Shown piece by piece: positions 1 through 9,878 of a stretch of DNA of 64,000 nt. The DNA lies in IMG/VR virus record IMGVR_UViG_3300021961_000075, positions 4,519 to 68,518 of that record; one strand, written 5' to 3'. A program made the translations under genes and the position numbers. The notes under the pieces are model-generated. The model was not told where the DNA came from. It searched no databases and saw nothing but the letters and a program-made list of their open reading frames with translations. How positions within the stretch are numbered: the stretch's first letter is position 1; every line of letters starts with the position of its first letter. This stretch comes from a virus.

Positions 1-2
1 CT

Positions 3-2657
3 TCTACATTTGGAACATTTGATGAAAATGGTAATTTAACGTCGTTATCTCAAGCGTTCGCAGATCAAGTACTTCAAACAACCGCGTCAGATAGATATGC
101 CAACGCACAGTTCGTTACCAACCTAGCTGCATCAGTAGGTACATATGACGAAAATGGTAATTTAATTACTTTAGCAGAGGCCTTTGCAAACCAAGTACTG
201 CAAGTAACTACAACAGATAAGTTTGCAACATCCGAGTTCGCCACGAACTTGGCAGCATCGTTTGGTACGTATAACCCCGACGGGACACTAGCTACTATCT
301 CTGAAAGCTTCGCAAACCAACTACTGCAAGCATCGACAGCATCTGACTTTGCAGACGCGCAATTTGTGACAACGCTTGTAAGTAACTTCGGTACATTCGA
401 CGAAAACGGCAACTTACTCACTGTATCAGATTCTTACGCGAACCAGATACTATCAACAGCCAATACGTCTGAGTTTGCACAAGCTGAGTTTGTAACCAAC
501 CTAGCAAGTAGTTTTGGTACTTATGACGCTAATGGTAACCTTACGGCTATTTCTAGTTCTTTTGCCGATGATGTATTAAGCACCGCTAATACCTCTGAAT
601 TTGCAGAGGCAAGTAAGCTTACTAATCTAGGTGCTTCATTTGGAACGGTTAATCCTGACGGCTCCGTGTCTTTTAGTAATACCTCAACATATTCAAATCA
701 AATATTAAACTACGTAGATAGCAGTTCTGCTCTTGCAACGCAGTTATCAAACTTACAGTCACAGGTTACAAATATACCTGTTACGTTGCGTCAAGACGAT
801 GAGCCTGGTATATTAGATGGTAATAATGATCTTATTTATCCTCTTGGTTCTATATGGATTGACACAAATGATAGTAATGCTATTTATATTCTTATTGAGG
901 ACGCGGGTGCACCATCAGGTTATTCATGGTCACCAACAACATCTGAAGCGTTAGGTGATCTTATATTAAGTAACGCACAGTTGCAAGATGATGTATCATT
1001 ACTTGCCGATGATTTAAGTGCAGAAGGAACAAAACTTACAACACTAACGGCACAATTTGGTGTTTACGATCCTGTAACAGACACGTTTACAATAAATAAT
1101 AATTCTAATGTAATAGCATCACTTAGAACATATGCTGATGCGGATTCTACTTCAGCTAAAAAAATAGATGGTATAAACTCCGTGTTTAACATGGTTGACG
1201 CTAATGGTAATGTAATTAAAAACTTAGCTACATTCAACCAAGAGATAACAACTTATGTAGATGCTAATTCAGCAGTAGCTGGAAGAGTTGATACACTAGA
1301 AGCAGAAGTAGGCGATAATGCTGCGGCCATCACAGCGGAGCAAACAGCAAGGGCAACAGAAGACGCCGCCATAGCATCAAGTGTTAGTAATTTAACAGCA
1401 ACTATAGGAGATGAAAACTCTGGGTTAGTTGCGAGTGTTCAACAAGCATCAGAAGCGGTTGCTAGCTTAGAAGAAGGTCTTAAAGCGTCTTACGCTCTTA
1501 CTGTTGGCGCAGGAAATGCTATATCAAGCATGAAATTACTTGCAGAAGATCCAAACCAACCTGGTCTTCCACCAACTTCTTCTATTATATTCAACACTAA
1601 TAACTTTAAAATACAAAACGGTAGCGGTGTAGATCAATTCACAATTAACACGACTACTGGTAAAGCTGTTTTTGCAGGTAGCTTGCAAGGTGTAGATGGT
1701 ACGTTTACTGGTAGACTTACTGCCGGAGCTGTTGATATATACAGTGATAATATAGCTATAAATATTGACTCGCTTGGTGGCCAGATAAAATTTGTAGACG
1801 ACGCCGGAAACGACCACACGACAATGACAGCTAGCGGTGCAACTGGTAACTTTAATTTAATATGCCAAGAAAATGTATCTTTATTAGCTAAAGACGGATC
1901 TGGTAATACCGTGTCTACGCTTTTACTAACAACACCTTCAGCATGGTTAACTGGGGACAATGTAAGGCTTGTTGCTGACAACAGCGTTTATCTTAGCGGT
2001 ACAGGCCAATTATACTCTTCTGGCTTTGATAGCTTTTTATTTTATGCCGGCGCGCATAGATTACAAGGATCTTCAAGCAGCGGAATAACAATAGCTAGTG
2101 GAATTACAACTTTAACAGTTAATGAAACAGGTGTTTTTGTCAACGGGCAACAAATAACAACTGGCGGACCTACTACTGATACAAACTACTACTTAAATGG
2201 CATAACAAGAAGTGGTGACACGTTAACGTTCTCTGTGGCTGGAACCGCAAGCCAGTCGTACACTTTTGGGGCAAACGCGTTTAACTCAACAACTATACCA
2301 ACAAATAACAACCAGCTAACAAACGGCGCTGGATACATAACGACAACCGGTTCTTATACATTCACTGGCAGTTTAACGGCTCAAGATTTTATTCTTGGTT
2401 CTGATAGAATATTAAAAGAGAATATAAAAGAATACAAGCCAAAACCAATCAATATACAGTACAAGACGTATAATTTAATTGGGGACGAAAATAAACGTGT
2501 AGGTGTTATTGCCCAAGAATTAGAAATAGAACACCCAGAGTTTATTAGAGAAAACGAAAACGGTATTAAATCCGTATCATATATAGACATGCTTGTTGCA
2601 AAAGTTGCAGAGCTTGAAGCAAGAATAAAAGAACTAGAGCATGGCGGTACCAAGTAG
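3..2657 (+). CDS. Tail fibre/spike protein, 5'-truncated by the window edge; 42-aa N-terminal repeats, coiled coil, C-terminal peptidase S74-type intramolecular chaperone
   Basis: The frame is open from base 3, so the TTG start at 249 in the track is internal. C-terminus SDRILKENIK...VGVIAQELE...SVSYIDMLVAKVAELEARIKELE is the S74 chaperone pattern. Confidence 0.8.
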   Translation, partial: STFGTFDENGNLTSLSQAFADQVLQTTASDRYANAQFVTNLAASVGTYDENGNLITLAEAFANQVLQVTTTDKFATSEFATNLAASFGTYNPDGTLATISESFANQLLQASTASDFADAQFVTTLVSNFGTFDENGNLLTVSDSYANQILSTANTSEFAQAEFVTNLASSFGTYDANGNLTAISSSFADDVLSTANTSEFAEASKLTNLGASFGTVNPDGSVSFSNTSTYSNQILNYVDSSSALATQLSNLQSQVTNIPVTLRQDDEPGILDGNNDLIYPLGSIWIDTNDSNAIYILIEDAGAPSGYSWSPTTSEALGDLILSNAQLQDDVSLLADDLSAEGTKLTTLTAQFGVYDPVTDTFTINNNSNVIASLRTYADADSTSAKKIDGINSVFNMVDANGNVIKNLATFNQEITTYVDANSAVAGRVDTLEAEVGDNAAAITAEQTARATEDAAIASSVSNLTATIGDENSGLVASVQQASEAVASLEEGLKASYALTVGAGNAISSMKLLAEDPNQPGLPPTSSIIFNTNNFKIQNGSGVDQFTINTTTGKAVFAGSLQGVDGTFTGRLTAGAVDIYSDNIAINIDSLGGQIKFVDDAGNDHTTMTASGATGNFNLICQENVSLLAKDGSGNTVSTLLLTTPSAWLTGDNVRLVADNSVYLSGTGQLYSSGFDSFLFYAGAHRLQGSSSSGITIASGITTLTVNETGVFVNGQQITTGGPTTDTNYYLNGITRSGDTLTFSVAGTASQSYTFGANAFNSTTIPTNNNQLTNGAGYITTTGSYTFTGSLTAQDFILGSDRILKENIKEYKPKPINIQYKTYNLIGDENKRVGVIAQELEIEHPEFIRENENGIKSVSYIDMLVAKVAELEARIKELEHGGTK
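9..665 (+). repeat. 126-nt (42-aa) degenerate tandem repeat, at least 5 full units
   Basis: (F/V)GT(F/Y)DxNGNL...(F)VTNLA(A/S)S units start at 9, 135, 261, 387, 513 and 639, an exact 126-nt period. Confidence 0.9.
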
Positions 2658-4314
2658 TGGATTTTCATTACAAGATGTAATAAATGAAATAGAACAATAC
2701 GGCGATGTCGTATCACCACAGTCTTTAAGCGGCGCTTTTCAAGCGGCCAATGAAAGTGGTTTTGCTGGATCCGGTAGAGACAGCCTCGCTGACTTTTCAA
2801 ACTACGTTCATTTAGAAGCATTTGAGTTTAGCGACGCTGGTATACAGGGTTTTGCTGTAGATACATACAGTGGAGCTATAACGCCACCATCATCCTCGTT
2901 TGGTTATACAATAACTAATATAGCTTATGGAGCTGGGTACATAGCAGCTGAAAACAGGTTTGAATTAGTTGCAAGTGATATATACAGAAACGCGACAGTG
3001 ACTGTTCAAATTCCACCAGGATACAGCAATACGGGTACGGTATCTGGTACCGTGCAGGCATTACAAAGAGGTATTAGCGAATCAATAACTATTAGTACAG
3101 CTACAACAGCTGTTGATCCACAGGGTGATGGTATTACCATATATGTAGATACAGTAGACGAGCTTTACACCACTTCTTGGACAGCCTATATAACATACAC
3201 CGATCAAAGCAATGCTACTAACTGGGTTTATTTAGCTGGCGGTAGCACGGGAACTGGCGACGGTTCTTTCTACGTTGGTGTTGATCCTAATTACTCTGGC
3301 TCTAACGGCTATGACGGAACAACAAGGTATTTTGACATACGTGTAGATAAAAACGGTGGAGGCGTAAGTAGTAATACGCTTTCATTCTACCAAACAGTTG
3401 GTTCTCCACCCGTTCAAGCGCCTGAATTTAGCGTATCACCAAGCTCATTAGATTTTGATTACTCACAGTCTGGTAGTGGTGCTTATCAAACGTTAACAGC
3501 TACGTACACCGGAGGTAGTATACCAACAGCTGTTAGTTTCTATTTATCAGGAACAGACTTTGGCTTAGTACAAACAGACGGTAATGTTCCTTTAACAGTT
3601 AGCGGCGGACCTTGGGTTGCAGAAGCAACAAATGACGGTGCTGGTTCTTTCCAAGTAGGTGTTTATCCTTTAACTACAAACTTTGGCGGTAGCGATAATA
3701 CGGAAAGTTTAAGCATTTCCATGGGTAATAGTGGTGGAACAACAAGCGACAGTATACCACTTACTCAAACATACTATGTAGCTCCACCTCCAACATACTA
3801 TATATTTGAATCTTGCGACAACGGTTCTCTAGTAATGACAGCAGATGTTGTTCCTTACTCTAGCCAAAGAGCAATTGATGGTTCTGGAAATTATTACTTC
3901 TATACTAATTCTACAACAACAAATGCTGGTCAACATACTATAGCATCATTAACCCTTGTTTCAGCGACGTCGTGTCCTCCAGTATATATATCAAGAATTG
4001 TTGAGAAAAACGACGGAACAGCAACTGGTAGAATACCGCTTAGCCAAAGTTATCCAGAAGGTTCAGAGGTTATTATTGTAGGTTATGGCAGTACTTATAC
4101 AGATTGCTGGACTGTGGGTGCGGAATCAGTTCTTTCTGCTAACCTGACAGTGGATGGATCTTGTCCAGCACCACCGCCACCTCCGCCACCACCACCTCCA
4201 CCTCCAACAACAGGGGGATGGAACTGTAAGAGCGGCGGATGTGTTGAGGCAACAACAACAGTTGGAACTTATGCAACACTAGCAGAATGTGAAGCAGCTT
4301 GCGAATTACCATAA
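2641..4314 (+). CDS. Tail-associated/adhesin-like protein; Ig-like body, Pro12 tract, Cys-rich C-terminal module
   Basis: 557 aa; N-terminus MAVPSSGFSLQDVINEI resembles the 15167 ORF; S/T/G/Y-rich; ends PAP12TTGGWNCKSGGC...ECEAAC. Confidence 0.65.
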   Translation: MAVPSSGFSLQDVINEIEQYGDVVSPQSLSGAFQAANESGFAGSGRDSLADFSNYVHLEAFEFSDAGIQGFAVDTYSGAITPPSSSFGYTITNIAYGAGYIAAENRFELVASDIYRNATVTVQIPPGYSNTGTVSGTVQALQRGISESITISTATTAVDPQGDGITIYVDTVDELYTTSWTAYITYTDQSNATNWVYLAGGSTGTGDGSFYVGVDPNYSGSNGYDGTTRYFDIRVDKNGGGVSSNTLSFYQTVGSPPVQAPEFSVSPSSLDFDYSQSGSGAYQTLTATYTGGSIPTAVSFYLSGTDFGLVQTDGNVPLTVSGGPWVAEATNDGAGSFQVGVYPLTTNFGGSDNTESLSISMGNSGGTTSDSIPLTQTYYVAPPPTYYIFESCDNGSLVMTADVVPYSSQRAIDGSGNYYFYTNSTTTNAGQHTIASLTLVSATSCPPVYISRIVEKNDGTATGRIPLSQSYPEGSEVIIVGYGSTYTDCWTVGAESVLSANLTVDGSCPAPPPPPPPPPPPPTTGGWNCKSGGCVEATTTVGTYATLAECEAACELP

Positions 4315-4354
4315 AAAAGTTGAAGAGACGGCAGTAGCTTTCTCTTCAGCTTTT
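4315..4354 (+). terminator. Hairpin, possible terminator or processing site
   Basis: aaaagttgaagaga-(12 nt)-tctcttcagctttt, a 14-bp stem with one G-U pair right after the stop codon. Confidence 0.5.
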
Positions 4355-4373
4355 ACTGTAATCAAATTATATC

Positions 4374-5180
4374 ATGAATAAAATACAAGAAATTTTTAAG
4401 GCTTGGAACATTGCGATGGATCCAACAACAAAACAAGCTGAACTTGCTTCAAAAAGACTAGAAATATGTAATAGTTGTGAGTATAAGGTCACAAACTTAG
4501 GTATCAATAGGTGTTCAGTTTGTGGTTGCGCTTTAAAGGGCAAGGTATTTACCCCAGCTATTGGTGGCTGTCCAAAAGGTAAGTGGGATGATATTGACAA
4601 GCGGGCGCTATATCAAGACAAACCAATGGTGCAAGAGTTTGATAATCAGTTAACTAAAGAAGAGTGCGAAGAATTAATAAATAAAAGCAAAGACAAGTTA
4701 AAGCAAGCTGGCGTTCTTGGTGAGCACAGAGAAAATTACAGGACAGCACAACAGACTTGGATTTTCGATAATGATCCTTTAAGTTTAAAAATAAAAAGTA
4801 TAATTCTTAATAAAACAAATTTACCGCACGAAAACCAAGAAGCACTTCACGTAGTCAAGTACGAAGTTGGTGGAGAATACAAACCTCATCATGATTTTTT
4901 TCATCCAAATACAGATTACTACGAAAGCACAACTAAAATTGGTGGACAACGCAAGTACTCTTGTTTGTTTTACTTAAATGATAATTTTAAAGGTGGTGAA
5001 ACATATTTTCCAAAAAAAGACTTAAAAATACAACCGCATTTAGGAAAACTATTAATGTGGGATAATTTAAATAAAGACGGCTCTCCAAATCAAGATAGCC
5101 TTCATGCTGGACTACCAGTTGAAGATGGTGAAAAATGGATTTGTATAGTCTGGGTTAGAGAAAAAAGTTTAAAGACTTAA
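4374..5180 (+). CDS. Prolyl 4-hydroxylase-type 2OG-Fe(II) dioxygenase with an N-terminal Cys-rich putative Zn domain
   Basis: YKPHHDFF (HxD), LFYLND..GGETYFP and LHAGLPVEDGEKW (distal His and Lys) match the P4Hc pattern. N-terminus has ICNSC..CSVCGC..CPKGKW. Confidence 0.85.
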   Translation: MNKIQEIFKAWNIAMDPTTKQAELASKRLEICNSCEYKVTNLGINRCSVCGCALKGKVFTPAIGGCPKGKWDDIDKRALYQDKPMVQEFDNQLTKEECEELINKSKDKLKQAGVLGEHRENYRTAQQTWIFDNDPLSLKIKSIILNKTNLPHENQEALHVVKYEVGGEYKPHHDFFHPNTDYYESTTKIGGQRKYSCLFYLNDNFKGGETYFPKKDLKIQPHLGKLLMWDNLNKDGSPNQDSLHAGLPVEDGEKWICIVWVREKSLKT

Positions 5181-5193
5181 CAATAAAAAATAA

Positions 5194-5895
5194 ATGGCAA
5201 GAATAAGCAAATACAAGTTTGACGAAAATGTAACGGGTGGTGACTACGTTATAGGTTCAGATTCACCTACTGGCAAGACCAGGAATTTTATGCTGAAAGA
5301 CTTAACAAGTTATTTTGGCAAGCAGGACGCTATTCTAGGTGATAAGTTTGCTTATCAATATAGAAGAACAAAACAATACCAAAATCTTGTTAGGGGTGAA
5401 ATATCTTTTAACAACAACAACCTTAGTAATTCTTTGTTTGAAGATATTACAACAATATATATAAACAAATACAACGCGTCTAACAATGACGTGCTTTTGT
5501 ATTTTTCTGAAATTGTTGGTAGAAACGGGGTGTTGACACTTCACAGTTCAGAGAATACAACATACTTTGGAACATACCGCGTAGATTCAATTAATAATTA
5601 CTCAGGAGATGTAATAAGAATAACTGTAGCGTATATAGCTTCAAATGGTTACATATCAGATTTAGAATATGTAGGCGTTGCCGCTGTTTTTTCAGTTGGT
5701 GACAAAGATTACACACATGTGCAAAATACAGCGTCAAATGTGTGGACTATTAGCCACGGGCTAAATAAAAATCCATCTGTTTCTGTACAGGATTCAGCTG
5801 GTACAACAGTAATTGGAGAAGTAACTTATAACGATAAAAACAATTTAACTTTAAACTTTAGTGGATCATTTTCCGGTAAAGCCTATTTAAACTAA
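5194..5895 (+). CDS. Tail/virion structural protein
   Basis: 233 aa; C-terminal WTISHGLNKNPSVSVQD beta module typical of phage tail proteins; tail-gene context. Confidence 0.6.
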   Translation: MARISKYKFDENVTGGDYVIGSDSPTGKTRNFMLKDLTSYFGKQDAILGDKFAYQYRRTKQYQNLVRGEISFNNNNLSNSLFEDITTIYINKYNASNNDVLLYFSEIVGRNGVLTLHSSENTTYFGTYRVDSINNYSGDVIRITVAYIASNGYISDLEYVGVAAVFSVGDKDYTHVQNTASNVWTISHGLNKNPSVSVQDSAGTTVIGEVTYNDKNNLTLNFSGSFSGKAYLN

Positions 5896-5902
5896 CTAAA
5901 CT

Positions 5903-7069
5903 ATGGCACAAAGATTTTTAACAAGTATTAACCTAAGCGCAAACGAGCTACAAAATGCCGTTATACATCCGCTAGGTACAGAACCAGCTGTATTGCCTGC
6001 GGGTGGTGTTTATTTTAATACCGCAAGTGGCAAGCTTTTTGTATCCGATGGAACAGTGTGGAAACACGTTTCTGGTGATATCACAAGCGTAGTTGCTGGT
6101 GCTGGTTTAACAGGTGGTGGTAGCATTGATGATGTTACACTTAACATTGGGCAAGGAGATGGTATCACAGTAGCTGCTGATGCTATTTCTGTAAACATCG
6201 AAACTACTCAGTTTGAGTTTGCTAGTGGGAAACTTACTATTTCAGATGGAGCAATTGGTCCTGATGAACTCGCTGCTACAACCGTAGTCGCTGGTAGCTA
6301 TGGTGATTCAACTAACATTGCAACATTTACAGTAGATGCTGATGGTCGTTTAACAGCTGCTGGTACTTCAGCTATTAGTACGACGCTAAACATCTCTGGT
6401 GACGGAGCTACATCTGATACGCTTTCACTTATCAGTGGAACGCTAAACTTTCAAGGTGGAGATGGTATTACTACCACTGTTTCTGATGACAATGTTCTTT
6501 TTGATGTTGATGCAACTGTTGTAAGAACATCGGGCGATCAAACAATTGCTGGCAATAAAACCTTTAGCAACAATATTGTAATCAACGGTGACCTTACGGT
6601 ATCTGGAGCCACTACAACTAAAATTTCTGAGAACGTACTCATTGAAGATAATATCATTATTTTAAATAGCAACGAAGCAAACGGCGCTACAGAAAATGCT
6701 GGTATTGAGGTTGAAAGAGGTACAGATAATAACGTACAATTAATCTGGAACGAAACTGCTGATAAATGGCAAATCGAAATTGACCCAGATAACGATACAT
6801 ACCAAAATATTGCTACAGAAGACTATGTAGCGACTCAAATCACAAATAACTCTAGCTCTGCCGATATCACTGGTGATGATGCAACTGTTGCGTTTGCTAT
6901 TGCTCACGGACATAGCACAAGAGACGTAATTGTTCAACTGTATGATAAAACTACATTTGAAACAGTATACGCAGATGTCGTAAGAACAAGCACAAGCGTC
7001 GTAACCGTAACTTTTGCTACAGCTCCTGCTACAGGCGAAGACTACAGAGTTATGATTACAAAAGCATAA
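5903..7069 (+). CDS. Tail fibre/structural protein
   Basis: 388 aa; DQTIAGNKTFSNN, IEDNIIILN, AGIEVERG and C-terminal IAHGHSTRDVIVQLYD motifs. Confidence 0.65.
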   Translation: MAQRFLTSINLSANELQNAVIHPLGTEPAVLPAGGVYFNTASGKLFVSDGTVWKHVSGDITSVVAGAGLTGGGSIDDVTLNIGQGDGITVAADAISVNIETTQFEFASGKLTISDGAIGPDELAATTVVAGSYGDSTNIATFTVDADGRLTAAGTSAISTTLNISGDGATSDTLSLISGTLNFQGGDGITTTVSDDNVLFDVDATVVRTSGDQTIAGNKTFSNNIVINGDLTVSGATTTKISENVLIEDNIIILNSNEANGATENAGIEVERGTDNNVQLIWNETADKWQIEIDPDNDTYQNIATEDYVATQITNNSSSADITGDDATVAFAIAHGHSTRDVIVQLYDKTTFETVYADVVRTSTSVVTVTFATAPATGEDYRVMITKA

Positions 7070-7075
7070 TAAAAC

Positions 7076-8632
7076 ATGGCAAATCGTTTTCTTAGTAATA
7101 TAAGAATAAACGACGCGTACACACTACCTGCTTCGGATGGAACAACCGGGCAGGTTATTGTAACTGATGGTTCAGGAAATTTATCTTTTTCTGATCAATC
7201 TGGTGGAAGCAGTAGTGCGGCGTCAGTAATATACAAAGATAGTTTCACTGGCGACGGTATTGAGACGCAGTTTGTAATGGAGAATAATGTTACAACTGAG
7301 GATCAAACGCAAATATACATTGACGGTGTTTATCAAGAAAAAGACACTTATAGTGTGACTGGCAATGTAATTACATTTTCTACAGCACCAGAATTAAACC
7401 ATAGTATAGAGGTAATTACAATATCAGGTATTACTATAGGTCCTACTACAATTTACCAAGATAACTTTACGGGAAATGGTGTACTAACAGACTTTACTTT
7501 AGCGCACACTGTTTCTGATGAAGTCAAGACAATGGTGTTTTTAAACGGTGTTTATCAGTTTAAAAGCACCTATTCTGTTTCTGGTACTACGCTTTCTTTT
7601 GACGCAGCGCCTGCAGATACTGTAGAAATAGAAGTTATTACAATACACTCTGCATACGGAAAACAAGAGGCGCAAAAAATATTATTTTACGGTAAAGCTA
7701 CTGGTGTTATAAGCAAAGGTGATGCTGTAATGTTTGCTGGAGCTGAAGGTGATCACTTTTTGTTTACAAAAGCAACGCAAGCTGCTATTGAAGCAGATCA
7801 CGAATTGTTTATTGGCCTTGCTAATCAAGATTTCTTAAACAACGAGTTCGGGTATGTTGTAGAGTTCGGTAACATTACGGGGCTAGTTACAGACGCTTAT
7901 GCAGCGGGTGATACACTTTGGTTTGACTCTGAAGGTTCTACTCCCGGCGCACTTACAGACACAGAGCCTACCCCACCTAACGCTAAGATACAGGTAGCAG
8001 CGGTTATACGGTCACATCCTGCAGAGGGTGTGTTATTCGTTCGCCCTACGTGGTACCACGAGCTCGGTGAATTACACGATGTAAGTATTATTAGTCCAGC
8101 AGACAAAGATCTTCTAACGTATAATAACACTACAGGTGTCTGGGAGAACAGTAAAACACTTGGTGATGTTACAACTGGTAATATTACAACATCAGGAACA
8201 GTAGACGGTGTAGATATTTCTGACTTTAAATCTGCTTATGATTCGCATAATCACGATGATAGGTACTATACTGAAACAGAAATTGACACGTTTTTAACAA
8301 ACAGCACGAACTGGGACACAGCATATAGCTGGGGCGACCATGCAAGTGCTGGATATGATAAAAAATATACCATATCAGTTATTTCCACAAACACCACGGC
8401 TGTTAAGGATAGACTGTATGTATTAACTTCTAGTTTAACCTTAACTTTGCCAGCAAGTCCAGGCATTGGAGACAAGGTAGCGGTTTCAAATATGAGCGGT
8501 ACTACAACGCCGGTAATTGCAAGAAATGGTAATTTAATTGCGGGATTAGCGGAAGATCTGACAATAGATGTAGATAACTTGAGTGTAGAATTCATTTACA
8601 GCGGCGCTGCTAAAGGATGGATATTATTATAA
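7076..8632 (+). CDS. Tail fibre/structural protein with two FTG(D/N)G domains
   Basis: 518 aa; duplicated D(S/N)FTG(D/N)G...GVYQ..TYSV.G...F..AP....IEVITI domain; one NWDTAYSWGDHA unit. Confidence 0.65.
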   Translation: MANRFLSNIRINDAYTLPASDGTTGQVIVTDGSGNLSFSDQSGGSSSAASVIYKDSFTGDGIETQFVMENNVTTEDQTQIYIDGVYQEKDTYSVTGNVITFSTAPELNHSIEVITISGITIGPTTIYQDNFTGNGVLTDFTLAHTVSDEVKTMVFLNGVYQFKSTYSVSGTTLSFDAAPADTVEIEVITIHSAYGKQEAQKILFYGKATGVISKGDAVMFAGAEGDHFLFTKATQAAIEADHELFIGLANQDFLNNEFGYVVEFGNITGLVTDAYAAGDTLWFDSEGSTPGALTDTEPTPPNAKIQVAAVIRSHPAEGVLFVRPTWYHELGELHDVSIISPADKDLLTYNNTTGVWENSKTLGDVTTGNITTSGTVDGVDISDFKSAYDSHNHDDRYYTETEIDTFLTNSTNWDTAYSWGDHASAGYDKKYTISVISTNTTAVKDRLYVLTSSLTLTLPASPGIGDKVAVSNMSGTTTPVIARNGNLIAGLAEDLTIDVDNLSVEFIYSGAAKGWILL

Positions 8633-8647
8633 AACAAATATAAAATT

Positions 8648-9643
8648 ATGAGTTCAATTACAAGTTTAATATCAGGCGGCGGCGGAGGTGGAGGTGCTCC
8701 TGTAAACAGCATAGCTAGATTAGCAGTAGGCGGTCAAACACAATATACAGACGAATCGGGTGGTGTTTGGTTAAAAACAGGAAATTTAATAGATGCAGAT
8801 GCTGCAACATATCCTGACGCAATACAGCAAGAAATATACTTGTATAGTCAAGGAAAGGAAAATTGGAATAATGTTCCTTCTGAATTTGCAATGCGTTTTA
8901 GTGAAGATGGAACTATATTTACTGCATTTAATGCAGGGTGGATTTTTCAACAAATGATCCTTAGCACTCCTTACGATTTAGTTACAGCGGGTAATAGGGT
9001 GCAAAAAATAACTTTCAGCCAATACACAACTAGTGGAACGGGATTAAGTTTTTGGTCAAATGGTGGTTCGCATTATGCTTTTGTATATGCTCGCAGCGAG
9101 GCTTCAATGATACGATTTGTTTTACCCGCAGCTTATGATGTATCCTCAATTTCAGGGGCATCTTATGCTAGTTTTAATTACGGCGCCAACGCAGCGTATT
9201 ATATGGGAATATCTGATGATGGAACAAAGGCGTATTTTTATGCGGATGCGGGAACTATTGATACTTTTGATTTAACTACTCCGTATGATTTACATTCAAG
9301 AGTTTTAGCTTCAATAACATCGTTTACGTTTTCAACTGTAACTACGGGAACTCTTCAGGCAATAAGCTCTAATAGACTAATAACTTACGATTCATCAAAT
9401 GCCGTTTTTAAAGTCTATGTTATGCAAACTCCTAAAGATGTAAGTTCTATTGTGTTTTCACACGATTTTAGTAGTAATCAAATTACATCAAACGGTGGCG
9501 TATACACTTTAACAGGCGCATTAACTAATAACGATCAATATTTTTTTCCTATTTCGGCATCCGATTTGTGGAGATATGATTTAGAGCAGAAAATGGGATT
9601 AGAGACAAACACGGGAACATACGACTACGTAAAACTAAAATAA
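8648..9643 (+). CDS. Tail fibre tip / receptor-binding-like protein
   Basis: 331 aa; Gly-rich N-terminus, L(S/T)TPYDL repeats; followed by a chaperone-like gene. Confidence 0.55.
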   Translation: MSSITSLISGGGGGGGAPVNSIARLAVGGQTQYTDESGGVWLKTGNLIDADAATYPDAIQQEIYLYSQGKENWNNVPSEFAMRFSEDGTIFTAFNAGWIFQQMILSTPYDLVTAGNRVQKITFSQYTTSGTGLSFWSNGGSHYAFVYARSEASMIRFVLPAAYDVSSISGASYASFNYGANAAYYMGISDDGTKAYFYADAGTIDTFDLTTPYDLHSRVLASITSFTFSTVTTGTLQAISSNRLITYDSSNAVFKVYVMQTPKDVSSIVFSHDFSSNQITSNGGVYTLTGALTNNDQYFFPISASDLWRYDLEQKMGLETNTGTYDYVKLK

Positions 9644-9666
9644 TGGACAATAAAATATCTTTTATA
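9643..9666 (+). repeat. 24-nt direct repeat, copy 1
   Basis: atggacaataaaatatcttttata; 23/24 identical to 16084-16107. Confidence 0.85.
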
Positions 9667-9668
9667 AA

Positions 9669-9875
9669 ATGAATAGGTTTATAACACTTGAAGATTCACG
9701 AAAATCTGAGTTTAGAAATAGATACTGGAGAGATTGCGAATTAGACGCAACAGATCATATTGTTCCACTAACTGATCATCCTAAACATGAGGCTATTATG
9801 CGATATAGACAGGAATTAAGAGATTATCCTAACCATCCTGAATTTCCCAATAATCCTAGACCTATAAAACCATAA
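9669..9875 (+). CDS. Tail fibre assembly chaperone-like protein
   Basis: WRD.EL.ATD...YRQELRDYP...FP...P.KP pattern of tail assembly chaperones. Confidence 0.7.
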   Translation: MNRFITLEDSRKSEFRNRYWRDCELDATDHIVPLTDHPKHEAIMRYRQELRDYPNHPEFPNNPRPIKP

Positions 9876-9878
9876 TAA

